A stretch of DNA of 64,000 nucleotides. Origin: an uncultured Brevinematales bacterium. Lineage in GTDB: Bacteria > Spirochaetota > Brevinematia > Brevinematales > JAOACQ01. The position numbers and the translations under genes were made by a program. Positions 9,893-18,923 of this stretch are shown piece after piece. Location: contig CAYPRX010000037.1 of NCBI GenBank assembly GCA_964413265.1, positions 140,220-204,219 of the forward strand, written 5' to 3'. Under the pieces are notes generated by a model that was not told the DNA's origin, did no database searches, and was given only the letters and a program-made list of their open reading frames with translations. Position 1 is the first letter of the stretch. Each line of letters begins with the position of its first letter.

Positions 9893-10753
9893 TCATATTA
9901 TAGTATTGAATTTTATTTTCTTTTTTGTGTAATCCATCCAGATATCTGTTATTCCTATACCGAGGAGAATGAGAAGGATATACAGTATGAAATTTCCCGA
10001 TGCAATGATCACACCATAAACTAATATGGTTGTCAGAGTATAAGGCACTCTTCTTTTTTTCAGCAGATAATTTATGATTAAAAAACCATAAATAATATAA
10101 AAAGAAGAAAAATAGAGGCAACAGTTCAAAAGCAATATCTCAAGAAAAAAAGAAGCAAATAATCCGTTTCCAATAAAATCACCCAGGACCTCAAAAATCC
10201 AGAAAATGGTCCAGGAAACCACAAGCAGTATTATCTGTTTGTGGTTGAATTTGATCAGAAAACGGTTCCAGAAACTCGCATAGTGCCTGCCTGCTGTAAT
10301 CATTAAAAAAAATGCAGCACCGGCTGCTATACAAGCAGGGTAAATAAACCGGAAAAATCTGGCTGCTATGAATACCAAATCCAGACTTGCAGCCGCCGGC
10401 AATGCCTTCCTGATTGACCCTGTATATAAACCCTTCAAATAATCCCAGATTTTATCTGCCGCGGGTATGTAAAAAAAACAGAGAAGTATGAGCCCGATAA
10501 AAAAAAGAATCTTCAACCCTGCATAAAAAAATTTATCTTTCTTTATAATTTCCCTGTACAATATAGCGCTTGCTACAGTCGTACCAATAAAAACCCCTGC
10601 AGTCTTATTCAGGAAAAAAAGCCCGATCGATAAGAACAGATAAATATAGAGCATTCCCTTCTTTTTTAACGCCGGTTTTAACAGGAAAATTACTGAGTAG
10701 AATGATAAGTAAACAGACAGAGTAATTAAAACAAAAAAAAAGGAAAGTTCCAC
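9893..10753 (-). CDS. polytopic membrane protein, DUF2232/YybS-like by position
   Basis: 286 aa with a GTG start (SD AAGGA) and many TM segments. It sits between rpsR and rplI, where Firmicutes carry yybS. The family is assigned from synteny only. Confidence 0.5.
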   Translation of the reverse strand: MELSFFFVLITLSVYLSFYSVIFLLKPALKKKGMLYIYLFLSIGLFFLNKTAGVFIGTTVASAILYREIIKKDKFFYAGLKILFFIGLILLCFFYIPAADKIWDYLKGLYTGSIRKALPAAASLDLVFIAARFFRFIYPACIAAGAAFFLMITAGRHYASFWNRFLIKFNHKQIILLVVSWTIFWIFEVLGDFIGNGLFASFFLEILLLNCCLYFSSFYIIYGFLIINYLLKKRRVPYTLTTILVYGVIIASGNFILYILLILLGIGITDIWMDYTKKKIKFNTII

Positions 10754-10767
10754 TCTTTATCCTTGCT

Positions 10768-11154
10768 TTACCTGTCAAGAAAAGGCAGCAAAGCGATAAT
10801 TCTGGCTTTTTTTATCTCCCTGACAATATTTCTCTGATGTTTTGCGCAATTTCCGCTTATCCTTCGTGGCAGAATCTTGCCGCTGGGCATAACATAACGC
10901 TTTATATTATCAATATTCTTATAATTTATCATTTTTTCATCGATCTGACGTGTACAGTATTTGCATACCTTTTTAGTATAGAAAAATTTTTTTCTATCAG
11001 ACATTGCCGCACCGCGGCCGGAGCCGAAGTCTTTGACCTGCTTGGCAGGATTTTCAATCCCCATATCCTGGGCTGAGGCAGAAGGCGGCATTGACTCCAT
11101 CTCCTGAATAGCTTCTGTTCCTTCTATCTGCTCTGTTTTCGTTTCATCCGACAT
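10768..11154 (-). CDS. rpsR: 30S ribosomal protein S18 with an acidic ~50-aa N-terminal extension
   Basis: S18 core KKVCKYCTRQIDEKMINYKNIDNIKRYVMPSGKILPRRISGNCAKHQRNIVREIKKARIIALLPF. A strong SD (AAGGAGA) precedes the first ATG at 11154. There is no SD before the internal Met at 11004. Confidence 0.9.
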   Translation of the reverse strand: MSDETKTEQIEGTEAIQEMESMPPSASAQDMGIENPAKQVKDFGSGRGAAMSDRKKFFYTKKVCKYCTRQIDEKMINYKNIDNIKRYVMPSGKILPRRISGNCAKHQRNIVREIKKARIIALLPFLDR

Positions 11155-11179
11155 ACTGCAGTCTCCTTATAATTAATTA

Positions 11180-11665
11180 TTAAAAATTAGGTTCATCGTT
11201 GGTATTATCCAGTTCTGATGATGGCTCGACCGGCGTTGGGTTGAAATCTGTATTGTCGTAGAAATTATCCTCGAAAGGAGTTTCCTGGGATTTGGTCTGC
11301 AGAGAGTTATCCTTTATGCCTCCTGCGGATTTCGCACCTGATGGAGGTCCCAGAAATTCAACTCTTTCGGCAATTATCTCCACTATACTCCTCTTTGAGC
11401 CGTCTTGAGTAACCCAGCTTCTCTGTTCAAGTCTTCCGTCCAGGGCGACCTGCTTTCCTTTCGAGAGGAAATTACTGCAATTCTCAGCGCTCTTTCCCCA
11501 GACAACAACATTAAAAAAACTTACGCTGTCAGAGCCGTCGGTTTTTGGCTTGCCGCCGACAGCTATTCCGAACCTCGCAACAGCTGTTCCCGCGGGAGTG
11601 TATTTCAGTTCAACATCGGCGGAGAGCCTCCCGACAATAATGATTCTATTAATGTCCCAGCTCAT
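11180..11665 (-). CDS. ssb: single-stranded DNA-binding protein
   Basis: 161 aa. OB fold (IIIVGRLSADVELKYTPAGTAVARFGIAV), disordered tail, acidic tip ending DEPNF. Confidence 0.9.
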   Translation of the reverse strand: MSWDINRIIIVGRLSADVELKYTPAGTAVARFGIAVGGKPKTDGSDSVSFFNVVVWGKSAENCSNFLSKGKQVALDGRLEQRSWVTQDGSKRSIVEIIAERVEFLGPPSGAKSAGGIKDNSLQTKSQETPFEDNFYDNTDFNPTPVEPSSELDNTNDEPNF

Positions 11666-11666
11666 T

Positions 11667-11957
11667 TTATTCTCCGGCCAGCATCATATGGCGGATTATA
11701 TCTTCATCGAATTTCATCAGACGTTCGAATTCGGGAATGTGTTTCGTATCCATCTCGATTTTAGCTATATGATAATAAGCCCTTCTGAAATCTTCACGAT
11801 TGCGGTGGATCGGGTAAGCAAGCTGACGGGTTCCCATATCGCTTTCATTGACAATCTTAGCCTTGATTTTTTTGAAATAATCATGGATCCTTTCAACGGC
11901 AGCTTTGGCAAGCTCGCCTTCCTTGATGAGGAAAGCGATTTCATACTTCCTTAACAT
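11667..11957 (-). CDS. rpsF: 30S ribosomal protein S6
   Basis: 96 aa, MLRKYEIAFLI.... SD AAGGAGGAG upstream. First gene of the rpsF-ssb-rpsR cluster. Confidence 0.9.
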   Translation of the reverse strand: MLRKYEIAFLIKEGELAKAAVERIHDYFKKIKAKIVNESDMGTRQLAYPIHRNREDFRRAYYHIAKIEMDTKHIPEFERLMKFDEDIIRHMMLAGE

Positions 11958-12025
11958 TTACTCCTCCTTATGGACTGATTGTCTGTGAAGACACGCCTGC
12001 CTTTGGGCAGGAAGGATAGCAAAAA

Positions 12026-12054
12026 ATATTAAGAAAAACAGACCTTTTTGTCAA
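12026..12054 (-). promoter_or_regulatory. sigma70-type promoter of the rpsF-ssb-rpsR operon
   Basis: On the minus strand: TTGACA (12054..12049), a 17-nt spacer, then TAATAT (12031..12026). The leader that follows contains a perfect hairpin CCTGCC-caaa-GGCAGG (plus-strand coordinates 11996..12011). Confidence 0.55.
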
Positions 12055-12063
12055 GTTATCTTA

Positions 12064-12879
12064 CTAGTATAATTTACGGGCATAAATTTCAAAGGTGTCG
12101 CCCAGACCGATCAGTTTCTGGATTATTTTGATTATTCCTATGGAAGGCAAACCTGCCCTTTCCGGATGAAGACCGAAAAATTCAAGCCTTTCCAGATGAA
12201 ATCCATTAGTTTTCAGGACGGATATCATAGCACCTGGAGAAGGTTCAAAATAGTGTTCCTCCGGCCTTTTCAAGTAATATGCAGTTGGATTGAAGCGCGG
12301 GAAAGCTCCTACAGAATTGGGGACGGATAATGCAATTATACCCCTTTCATTAAGAAAACTGCTGGCTTTTTTTATCCAGGAGAGAGGTTCCTGCATATGT
12401 TCAAGCGTAAACCATAAGCTGACAGCATCAAAATCGCCAGAAATTTCACTGAGATCCTGCCATACCTTTAATTTAAATGCCCGGCTTGAGAAATCACGGG
12501 CATAATCTGAGATTTCAACGCCTTCAGGCTTCAATCCCATTTTTACAGCCTCGTTGCAAAACAATCCCATTGCAGAACCTATATCCAGAATCCTTCCTCC
12601 AGGGGGTAGCATTTTAACTAATATCCTTAGCCTCCTCTTTGCAATTTCCCTGATATTCCACTCATCGTCTATATAAGTCTTCCCGTAAGTTTTGAGGTGT
12701 CCGGTTTTAAAATAATCCTCTTCATATGTGATAACCGGTTCACCATACCGTGCCTGGAAATTGGAACCGCAGTTTAGACATATATTAAGTGTATAAAATG
12801 AGCCATCGAAAACCTTTCTGCTCAACTCAGCCTGGCATAATGGACATTCCATTTTCGCTCCTTGCTCGATGTCTTTCAA
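12064..12879 (-). CDS. class I SAM-dependent methyltransferase with N-terminal zinc ribbon
   Basis: CPLCQ...CLNCG zinc ribbon. SAM motif I is ILDIGSAMGLF. The start is uncertain: the longest form overlaps the rsmG 3' end by 53 nt, and Met10 gives MECPLCQ. Confidence 0.7.
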   Translation of the reverse strand: MKDIEQGAKMECPLCQAELSRKVFDGSFYTLNICLNCGSNFQARYGEPVITYEEDYFKTGHLKTYGKTYIDDEWNIREIAKRRLRILVKMLPPGGRILDIGSAMGLFCNEAVKMGLKPEGVEISDYARDFSSRAFKLKVWQDLSEISGDFDAVSLWFTLEHMQEPLSWIKKASSFLNERGIIALSVPNSVGAFPRFNPTAYYLKRPEEHYFEPSPGAMISVLKTNGFHLERLEFFGLHPERAGLPSIGIIKIIQKLIGLGDTFEIYARKLY

Positions 12880-13441
12880 TAATTAAAAGGCTGCCTTTTT
12901 CAAGATGTACTATTTTAAAATTTTCTATATCGGCATCACCTGTCTCTTCAAGAAGTTTATCTTCCCTTCCCTTTAGCAGGTAAAATCGGGAACAGCCGGG
13001 CGCATGTTTTTTGCTCCATTTTATTATATTTGCCGTTGAAGAATACGCTCTAGAAATTATTACGCTCTCCTCCCTGAAAATAAAACCGCAATTTATATCG
13101 ACCACGCAGGAGTTGATGTGGAGCTTTTTAGTAATGAATTCCAGAAAAGCAAGCTTTTTTGAATTCCTTTCAGTAAGGTAGAATTTTTTTGACGGAAGAA
13201 GGACGCTTAATGGAACAGCAGGAATACCACCACCGCTACCGATATCTATTATGTTTTGACAAATACAGTTTTCAAGAAACGGATAAAGTGCGAGACTGTC
13301 TTTAATATGTGTTTCCAGTAACTTTTCTTCTGTAGATCTGCCGATCAGATTAACTGTTCTGTTCCATTTTAAAAGCTCTTCTATATATGTATCAATAAGT
13401 TTTCGATATTTATCAGTAAACTCAATACCGTATGAAATCAT
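12827..13441 (-). CDS. rsmG: 16S rRNA (guanine527-N7)-methyltransferase
   Basis: 204 aa. GidB/RsmG pattern LLKWNRTVNLIGRSTEEKLLETHIKDSL and IIDIGSGGGIPAVPLSVLLP. Confidence 0.85.
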   Translation of the reverse strand: MISYGIEFTDKYRKLIDTYIEELLKWNRTVNLIGRSTEEKLLETHIKDSLALYPFLENCICQNIIDIGSGGGIPAVPLSVLLPSKKFYLTERNSKKLAFLEFITKKLHINSCVVDINCGFIFREESVIISRAYSSTANIIKWSKKHAPGCSRFYLLKGREDKLLEETGDADIENFKIVHLEKGSLLIIERHRARSENGMSIMPG

Positions 13442-13578
13442 ATCAGATTATAGAACTGATATGGAAAATAATCCAGAGTCTGCGGTATCTGAACTTCACT
13501 TGAGATTATCTTTCTTTTTGAGATTTTTCATTTTTTATATCATAATTCAATTAAAAGGCGCATTTCTGGAGATAATAT

Positions 13579-14088
13579 ATGAATATAATGATTGCTGACG
13601 GTACTCATACTTTTGTGATAGATGGGATCGTCATTAAAGTTGCGGTTCTTAAAAATGTTATCCAGAATATCGGTCTGACCATGATGGGCATGGGTTATGA
13701 TGAGAATACCGTTATAGAGGATTCCTGGCTGTCTGGTTATTTCAGGGATTTTCTCTATGGAAACATAACTTTTTTTGAGCTTGAATTAAACAGGACCGGA
13801 CTTACTGATTTTCAAAAGGCTGTATTTGATGCCGCATTATTGATACCCTATGGAAGAACAGTTTCTTATCAGGAATTAGCCGAAAAGATCGGAGGTAAAA
13901 AATATGCCAGGGCTGTGGGTATGGCTCTGTCAAAAAATCCATTTCCTCTTGCAGTTCCATGCCATAGGGTCCTGCCAAAGAATTCCGATATAGAACATCC
14001 TGGACGATTCGGTGGAGGAACATCCCTGAAAAAGAAATTATTGAAAATCGAAAACGAAAACAAAAAAGATCCAATGATTCTTTTTTAA
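13579..14088 (+). CDS. ogt: methylated-DNA--protein-cysteine methyltransferase
   Basis: C-terminal DNA-binding/active-site domain: IPYGRTVSYQELAEKIG...ARAVGMALSKNPFPLAVPCHRV (PCHR motif). SD GGAGA upstream. Confidence 0.8.
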   Translation: MNIMIADGTHTFVIDGIVIKVAVLKNVIQNIGLTMMGMGYDENTVIEDSWLSGYFRDFLYGNITFFELELNRTGLTDFQKAVFDAALLIPYGRTVSYQELAEKIGGKKYARAVGMALSKNPFPLAVPCHRVLPKNSDIEHPGRFGGGTSLKKKLLKIENENKKDPMILF

Positions 14089-14098
14089 GGAGACTGAG

Positions 14099-14815
14099 TT
14101 GTTTGTATATGGAAGAAATTCGATTGAAGAAGCCCTTGCGGAAAAAATTTCTCTGAAGAGGGTAATTGTCGAACGGGGGAAGGAAGGAAAGTTTGAAAAT
14201 TTAATCCGGAGACTTAAAGAAACAGGATCGCCCGTGTCTTATATGATCGGTAAAACACTTTTCTCACTTGCAGGCACATTCAAGCACCAGGGTATAATTG
14301 GAGAGATGGATCTGCCCGGAAATGTTATTGATAATGATCAAGTAATTATTGACTGGTCCAGCCTGGATTCCATCATCGCCCTTGACGGAATAACTGATAC
14401 CGGAAATTTAGGAGCTATTATAAGGTCAGCTCTTCTTTTCGGATTCGATGCTGCCGTGCTTCCAAGAGACAATAGCGCAAGAATAACCCCCCAGGCAATT
14501 AAAGCGTCAGCGGGAGCGGTATACCATCAAAAAATTATATATATAAACAGCCTGAGCAATTTTTTACTCAAGATCAGAGAAAACGGATTTAATATAATCG
14601 GCCTTGCAGGAGAAGCCAGGTCTTCAATTCAAGAAATTGATATAAGGGGAAAAATCTGTTATATTATCGGGTCTGAGAGAAAAGGAATTCGAAAATCAGT
14701 GAAAAAATTATGCGATGAGCTGGTTTTCATCCCCACTACGGGAAAGTTCAACAGTCTAAATGCATCCGTTTCAAGCGCGATAGCAATGTGGGAATTTTAC
14801 CGGAAAAGAATTTAA
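14099..14815 (+). CDS. SpoU/TrmH-family RNA 2'-O-methyltransferase (RlmB-like)
   Basis: TTG start preceded by AAGGAGA. N-terminal substrate-binding region (VYGRNSIEEAL) plus SpoU core (LDGITDTGNLGAIIRSA, IIGSERKGI, NSLNASVSSAIAMWE). Confidence 0.75.
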   Translation: MFVYGRNSIEEALAEKISLKRVIVERGKEGKFENLIRRLKETGSPVSYMIGKTLFSLAGTFKHQGIIGEMDLPGNVIDNDQVIIDWSSLDSIIALDGITDTGNLGAIIRSALLFGFDAAVLPRDNSARITPQAIKASAGAVYHQKIIYINSLSNFLLKIRENGFNIIGLAGEARSSIQEIDIRGKICYIIGSERKGIRKSVKKLCDELVFIPTTGKFNSLNASVSSAIAMWEFYRKRI

Positions 14816-14892
14816 GAAACCCGTATTTTTTACCGATATTCTGTTAATTTTGGGGGCTTTCCGGGGGAATTTCGACAACTCAGCGGAGCATT

Positions 14893-16572
14893 ATGGATAT
14901 TCACTCTCATGGAAGACAGTCGATGGAGCTGTCTTCGTTTAAAAGTCTGAGTAAAAGAATTACCCTTTTAGTCTTCTGGATCTTCATTGTTATTTGTCTT
15001 GTTATAACGGCGACGCTTGCTGTCTACAGCCATTCACTGAATTTTACTGTAAATCAGGGCAGCCATGAAAAGATAGCATTGATTTCAATTCTTGTGATTG
15101 AGTTTGCTCTTGGCGGCCTCGCTTTCATTTTAGTAATATTGAGGTTTCTTAATGATCATATCTGGCGTCCTCTTTTAAGCCTTAACGAAGCGATCATCAG
15201 TATTTCAAATAAAAATCTGTATGCAAGAGCGGCTCATCACCATCCAATTGGTGAAATGGAAGTTTTGTTTAAAAATTTTAACATAATGACCGAAGCTTTG
15301 AATAAATTGATAGAAGAATCTTATTCCATCATATGGTCTGATATCATTACCAATCTTCCCAACCGGGACAGAATATTGATTGATATCGAAAGGACGGAAA
15401 AACCGTCGCTTATACTGGCAAATATCGACTTTTTTAAGGAAATAAACGACTGCTATGGCAATAAGATCGGCGATATGATTCTTAAGGAGACTGCCTATCG
15501 TTTTAAAAAAATGCAGGGGGAATTGAGATATCGCCTGTACAGGATGCCGGCTGACGAGTTTGCACTTCTTTTTGATTGCGATATTGACAGGGAAAGCCTG
15601 ATAGATATTGTCAAACTGCTTTCAAATATTATAAATGAAAGGCCTTTTTACCTCAGCGGGCATGAAATCAATGTCAGAGTAACATTCGGCATAGCCCTCG
15701 GCGGCGAGATACGTGAGAAGGAGATTACAGAGGGCAAATGGAGAAAACTGGCAACTAATGCTGATATGGCCCTTAAACGCGCGAAGCGTTTGCAGAAAAA
15801 TTTCATAATTTTCGATGAATCTATGGAAATTATAAAAGAATATGAAAACAATATCATATGGAAGCAAAAACTAAAAGATGCTATATATAATCACAGGATA
15901 ATCCCGTTTTTCCAGCCGATTGTAAATAATGTCAACGGGAAAATTGAAAAGTATGAAACTCTTGTACGCCTTATAGACAAACAGGGTTCCATAGTCCATC
16001 CCCATAATTTTCTGGATCTAGCCAAGAAATCACATCTCTATGATAATATTACAAAAGCAATGATTACAAAATCTTTCGCGGTTTTTGAAAACCTTAATTA
16101 TGAATTTTCAATAAACCTGACCGTTAATGACATTCTGGATGAGGAAATCAATAATTTCATCAAACAGGAATTGAAAAAAAACAAACCTATAGCTAAGCGT
16201 TTAGTTTTCGAGATTCTTGAATCTGAGGGCATTGAAAACTACAAGGAAGTCATGGTATTTATAGAGGAGGTAAAGGGACTCGGCTGCAAGATAGCCATTG
16301 ACGATTTCGGATCAGGATATTCAAATTTCGAGCATATAATGAGGCTTGATGTAGATTATATCAAGATCTGTTCATCGCTGATAAAAAATCTTGCCAATGA
16401 CAGAAACTCGCAAATAATTACAAAGACAATAGTTAACTTTGCAAAAGAACTAGGCCTGAAAACCATATCGGAATATGTACATTCACGTGAGGTTTATGAA
16501 AAAGGCGTCGAACTTGGCGTTGATTACTCACAGGGTTTTTATTTCGGTGAACCCAAAGAATTTCTCGTCTGA
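14893..16572 (+). CDS. membrane c-di-GMP phosphodiesterase: 2 TM + linker + degenerate GGDEF + EAL
   Basis: The GGDEF position reads RMPADEF, so the GG pair is lost. EAL-domain motifs are intact: YETLVRL, EILESE, DDFGSGYSN, QGFYF. Confidence 0.85.
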   Translation: MDIHSHGRQSMELSSFKSLSKRITLLVFWIFIVICLVITATLAVYSHSLNFTVNQGSHEKIALISILVIEFALGGLAFILVILRFLNDHIWRPLLSLNEAIISISNKNLYARAAHHHPIGEMEVLFKNFNIMTEALNKLIEESYSIIWSDIITNLPNRDRILIDIERTEKPSLILANIDFFKEINDCYGNKIGDMILKETAYRFKKMQGELRYRLYRMPADEFALLFDCDIDRESLIDIVKLLSNIINERPFYLSGHEINVRVTFGIALGGEIREKEITEGKWRKLATNADMALKRAKRLQKNFIIFDESMEIIKEYENNIIWKQKLKDAIYNHRIIPFFQPIVNNVNGKIEKYETLVRLIDKQGSIVHPHNFLDLAKKSHLYDNITKAMITKSFAVFENLNYEFSINLTVNDILDEEINNFIKQELKKNKPIAKRLVFEILESEGIENYKEVMVFIEEVKGLGCKIAIDDFGSGYSNFEHIMRLDVDYIKICSSLIKNLANDRNSQIITKTIVNFAKELGLKTISEYVHSREVYEKGVELGVDYSQGFYFGEPKEFLV

Positions 16573-16686
16573 TGTGCCATTATCTATGTCTTGACATCGA
16601 ATCTTTCCTGTTATAAACTAAATCACTTTTCATCTCGTAAACTCCTGCAAGTGATGTTTATCATAAGTAAGCCAGAGGAATATAAA

Positions 16687-17313
16687 ATGGCAAGAGGATT
16701 TTTCATAACAATTGAAGGCATCGAGGGCTGTGGAAAATCTACGCAGGCCCGTTTCCTCTATGATCACCTTATCAGAGAAGGGATTGATTCAATACTGACC
16801 CATGAACCTGGGGGAACCGAAGCCGGTATTATGATCCGTGATATTCTGCTTAATTCCAAAACCCTCTCTCCATACTGTGAGCTTTTTCTATTTATGGCTG
16901 ACAGGAGCCAGCATGTTGAGGAAATTATTAACCCAGCACTTCTGCGTGGGGCGATAGTTATATGTGACAGGTATTATCATTCGACTTTCGCTTATCAGTC
17001 CGGGGGTAGAGGCATTAATAGCAAAGTGATTGAAAATCTTAATGATCTCGCTGTAAATGAGGCAAGACCGGATCTTACATTTTATATCGATATTCCTCCT
17101 GAAATTGGCCTCTCAAGAAAAAATTCCGCCAGTCTTTCCTTAGATAGAATTGAAAAAGAGGAGCTTGACTTCCACAGGCAGGTAAGAGAAGCATTTAAAA
17201 ATATGGCTCTTTCATGCAGCAATATCGTTTTAATAGACGGGGATAGAGGAATAGAGGAGGTCGGCAGGGAAATAATCGATATTTTCTTTAAGAAATTTAA
17301 CAAGACAGGTTAG
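16687..17313 (+). CDS. tmk: thymidylate kinase
   Basis: MARGFFITIEGIEGCGKSTQ (P-loop). I moved the start to ATG 16687 (SD AGAGGAA). The track start at 16591 is a TTGACA that looks like a -35 box. Confidence 0.9.
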   Translation: MARGFFITIEGIEGCGKSTQARFLYDHLIREGIDSILTHEPGGTEAGIMIRDILLNSKTLSPYCELFLFMADRSQHVEEIINPALLRGAIVICDRYYHSTFAYQSGGRGINSKVIENLNDLAVNEARPDLTFYIDIPPEIGLSRKNSASLSLDRIEKEELDFHRQVREAFKNMALSCSNIVLIDGDRGIEEVGREIIDIFFKKFNKTG

Positions 17314-17315
17314 TC

Positions 17316-18461
17316 ATGGAAAATATTGTCATTCTTGGAGCGACAGGTTCAATAGGTTCATCAGTCATCGATGTAATCAGGAGTTATCCATCGAAATTTA
17401 AACTCGTCGGTGTAAGCGGTCATAAAAATCTGGTTAAACTCAGTGAAATAATAAGAGAATTTTCCCCTGAATTGGTATGCCTCCCTGAAGAAAATCCAGA
17501 TTTTATTAAGCAATTTCCCTCACTCACATTTTCTTTCGGTGAGATTGGTCTCATTGAAGCGGCAAAATTGTCGTCAGCCGGAATAGTAGTTATAGGCATA
17601 TCCGGAATTGCCGGCCTCTATCCAACCCTTGCTGCTGCACAAGCAAGGAAAAAAATCCTCTCAGCCAATAAGGAATCTATAGTTGCAGCAGGAGAAATCA
17701 TTAATAAGGCCTTAGAGGATTCAGGGCTTTTTATAACTCCGCTGGACAGCGAGCATAACGCAATATTCAATATTTTTTCAAGGATTCAGAGAAATTTTAT
17801 TAAAAGTATCTGTCTTACCGCCTCGGGAGGGCCATTTCTGAATAAAAAGATAACAAGGGATTTAAGCAAGGAGGACGTTCTTAATCATCCGGTCTGGGAT
17901 ATGGGGAAAACAATTACAGTTAATAGCGCAACTCTGATCAATAAGGGATTTGAGGTCATTGAGGCTCATTACCTTTTTAAAATGGATTATGAAAGAATAA
18001 AAGTGCTGATTCACCCTCAATCACTTGTTCATGGCATTGTGGAGACCATAGACGGTTCTCAATTTATGGCCTGTTCCCCCAGTGATATGCGATATCCCAT
18101 AGCCTTATCGCTCTTTTACCCTGAAATTCCGGAACAGAAATTTCCTGCACTTGATCTCGCCGGCAGAAAACTGGATTTTTCGGAACCTGACTTGGAAAAA
18201 TTTCCTCTTCTTCGTTTATCATACGAAGCGGGCATTGAAGGAGGGGTCATACCTGCTGTTCTGAATGCGGCAAATGAAACAGCTGTCGAGTTTTTCCTCA
18301 ATGGGACAATTGGTTTTCCTGATATACCTGTAATCATAAGACGAGTAATCGACATTTTTTCAGCAGGTAATATAAATAAAGACTCACTGTCACTTGAGAT
18401 GATTCTTGAAAAGGACAGGGAAGCAAGGCTTACCGCCAGGAAAATAATCGAAAGCATCTAA
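17316..18461 (+). CDS. dxr: 1-deoxy-D-xylulose 5-phosphate reductoisomerase
   Basis: 381 aa. ILGATGSIGSSVIDVI (NADPH site), LDSEHNAIFN, NKGFEVIEAHYLF. Confidence 0.95.
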   Translation: MENIVILGATGSIGSSVIDVIRSYPSKFKLVGVSGHKNLVKLSEIIREFSPELVCLPEENPDFIKQFPSLTFSFGEIGLIEAAKLSSAGIVVIGISGIAGLYPTLAAAQARKKILSANKESIVAAGEIINKALEDSGLFITPLDSEHNAIFNIFSRIQRNFIKSICLTASGGPFLNKKITRDLSKEDVLNHPVWDMGKTITVNSATLINKGFEVIEAHYLFKMDYERIKVLIHPQSLVHGIVETIDGSQFMACSPSDMRYPIALSLFYPEIPEQKFPALDLAGRKLDFSEPDLEKFPLLRLSYEAGIEGGVIPAVLNAANETAVEFFLNGTIGFPDIPVIIRRVIDIFSAGNINKDSLSLEMILEKDREARLTARKIIESI

Positions 18462-18474
18462 AAATTATTCAGAG

Positions 18475-18897
18475 TTACAGCAGTCGGCTTACCATGCTGG
18501 AGGCCTTTTTTGCCGATTCCTCGATTATCGTAATATTTTCTTTCAGAGTTTTATCATCTATCCCGCCGGTACTGTCATGCACAAAGCGGAGAATGGAAGC
18601 CGATCCAATTATACCAGTAAGAATGTTGTTGAAATCATGAACCAAACGAGTATCGGTGCGCCTGCTCTTCCAAAAATATGAAGCCAGGAACATTATCATA
18701 GCCGCAGCGATGGAGCACCACAGAAATAATCTTATTTCGATAATCTCATTTTTCAATTCTGATCCTATCAGACCTTGTGCTATCATTATATTTATTCTTT
18801 CTTCAATTGCTGCTAATAATATGTTATTTATGATAAATAGTATCACCAGGCAGATGAAAAGTGCTGAAATGATAAATATAAGATTCCGCAATTTCAT
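18475..18897 (-). CDS. membrane protein with a histidine-kinase DHp/H-box but no ATPase domain (truncated kinase or stand-alone DHp protein)
   Basis: 140 aa. Two TM segments, then LVHDFNNILTGIIGSASIL (HisKA H-box), ending at ...SSMVSRLL*. Only 13 nt separate its stop from the convergent dxr stop, so no HATPase_c domain can follow. The SD is weak. Confidence 0.45.
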   Translation of the reverse strand: MKLRNLIFIISALFICLVILFIINNILLAAIEERINIMIAQGLIGSELKNEIIEIRLFLWCSIAAAMIMFLASYFWKSRRTDTRLVHDFNNILTGIIGSASILRFVHDSTGGIDDKTLKENITIIEESAKKASSMVSRLL

Positions 18898-18923
18898 AAT
18901 GCTTAATCAGTAATATTGAAATT

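Noticed and set aside
9893-12054. Absence of a gdpP (yybT)-like c-di-AMP phosphodiesterase between the DUF2232-like gene and rplI, compared with the Firmicute rpsF-ssb-rpsR-yybS-yybT-rplI-dnaB(dnaC) arrangement.
   Set aside because: This is a synteny difference only. It says nothing about presence elsewhere in the genome and is not unusual outside Firmicutes.
14893-16572. Degenerate GGDEF (RMPADEF) in the GGDEF-EAL protein, considered as a novel feature.
   Set aside because: Degenerate GGDEF domains coupled to intact EAL domains are common and well described. I recorded it in the feature call only.
16591-16686. N-terminal extensions in the ORF track for tmk (16591), the response regulator (21582), pstB (29851), pstS (32590), the porin (34022), purE (34099), the OmpA-domain protein (50431) and SBP copy 2 (58638).
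   Set aside because: In each case a downstream start has a proper SD and yields the canonical N-terminus or signal peptide. The extension overlaps promoter elements or the preceding gene.
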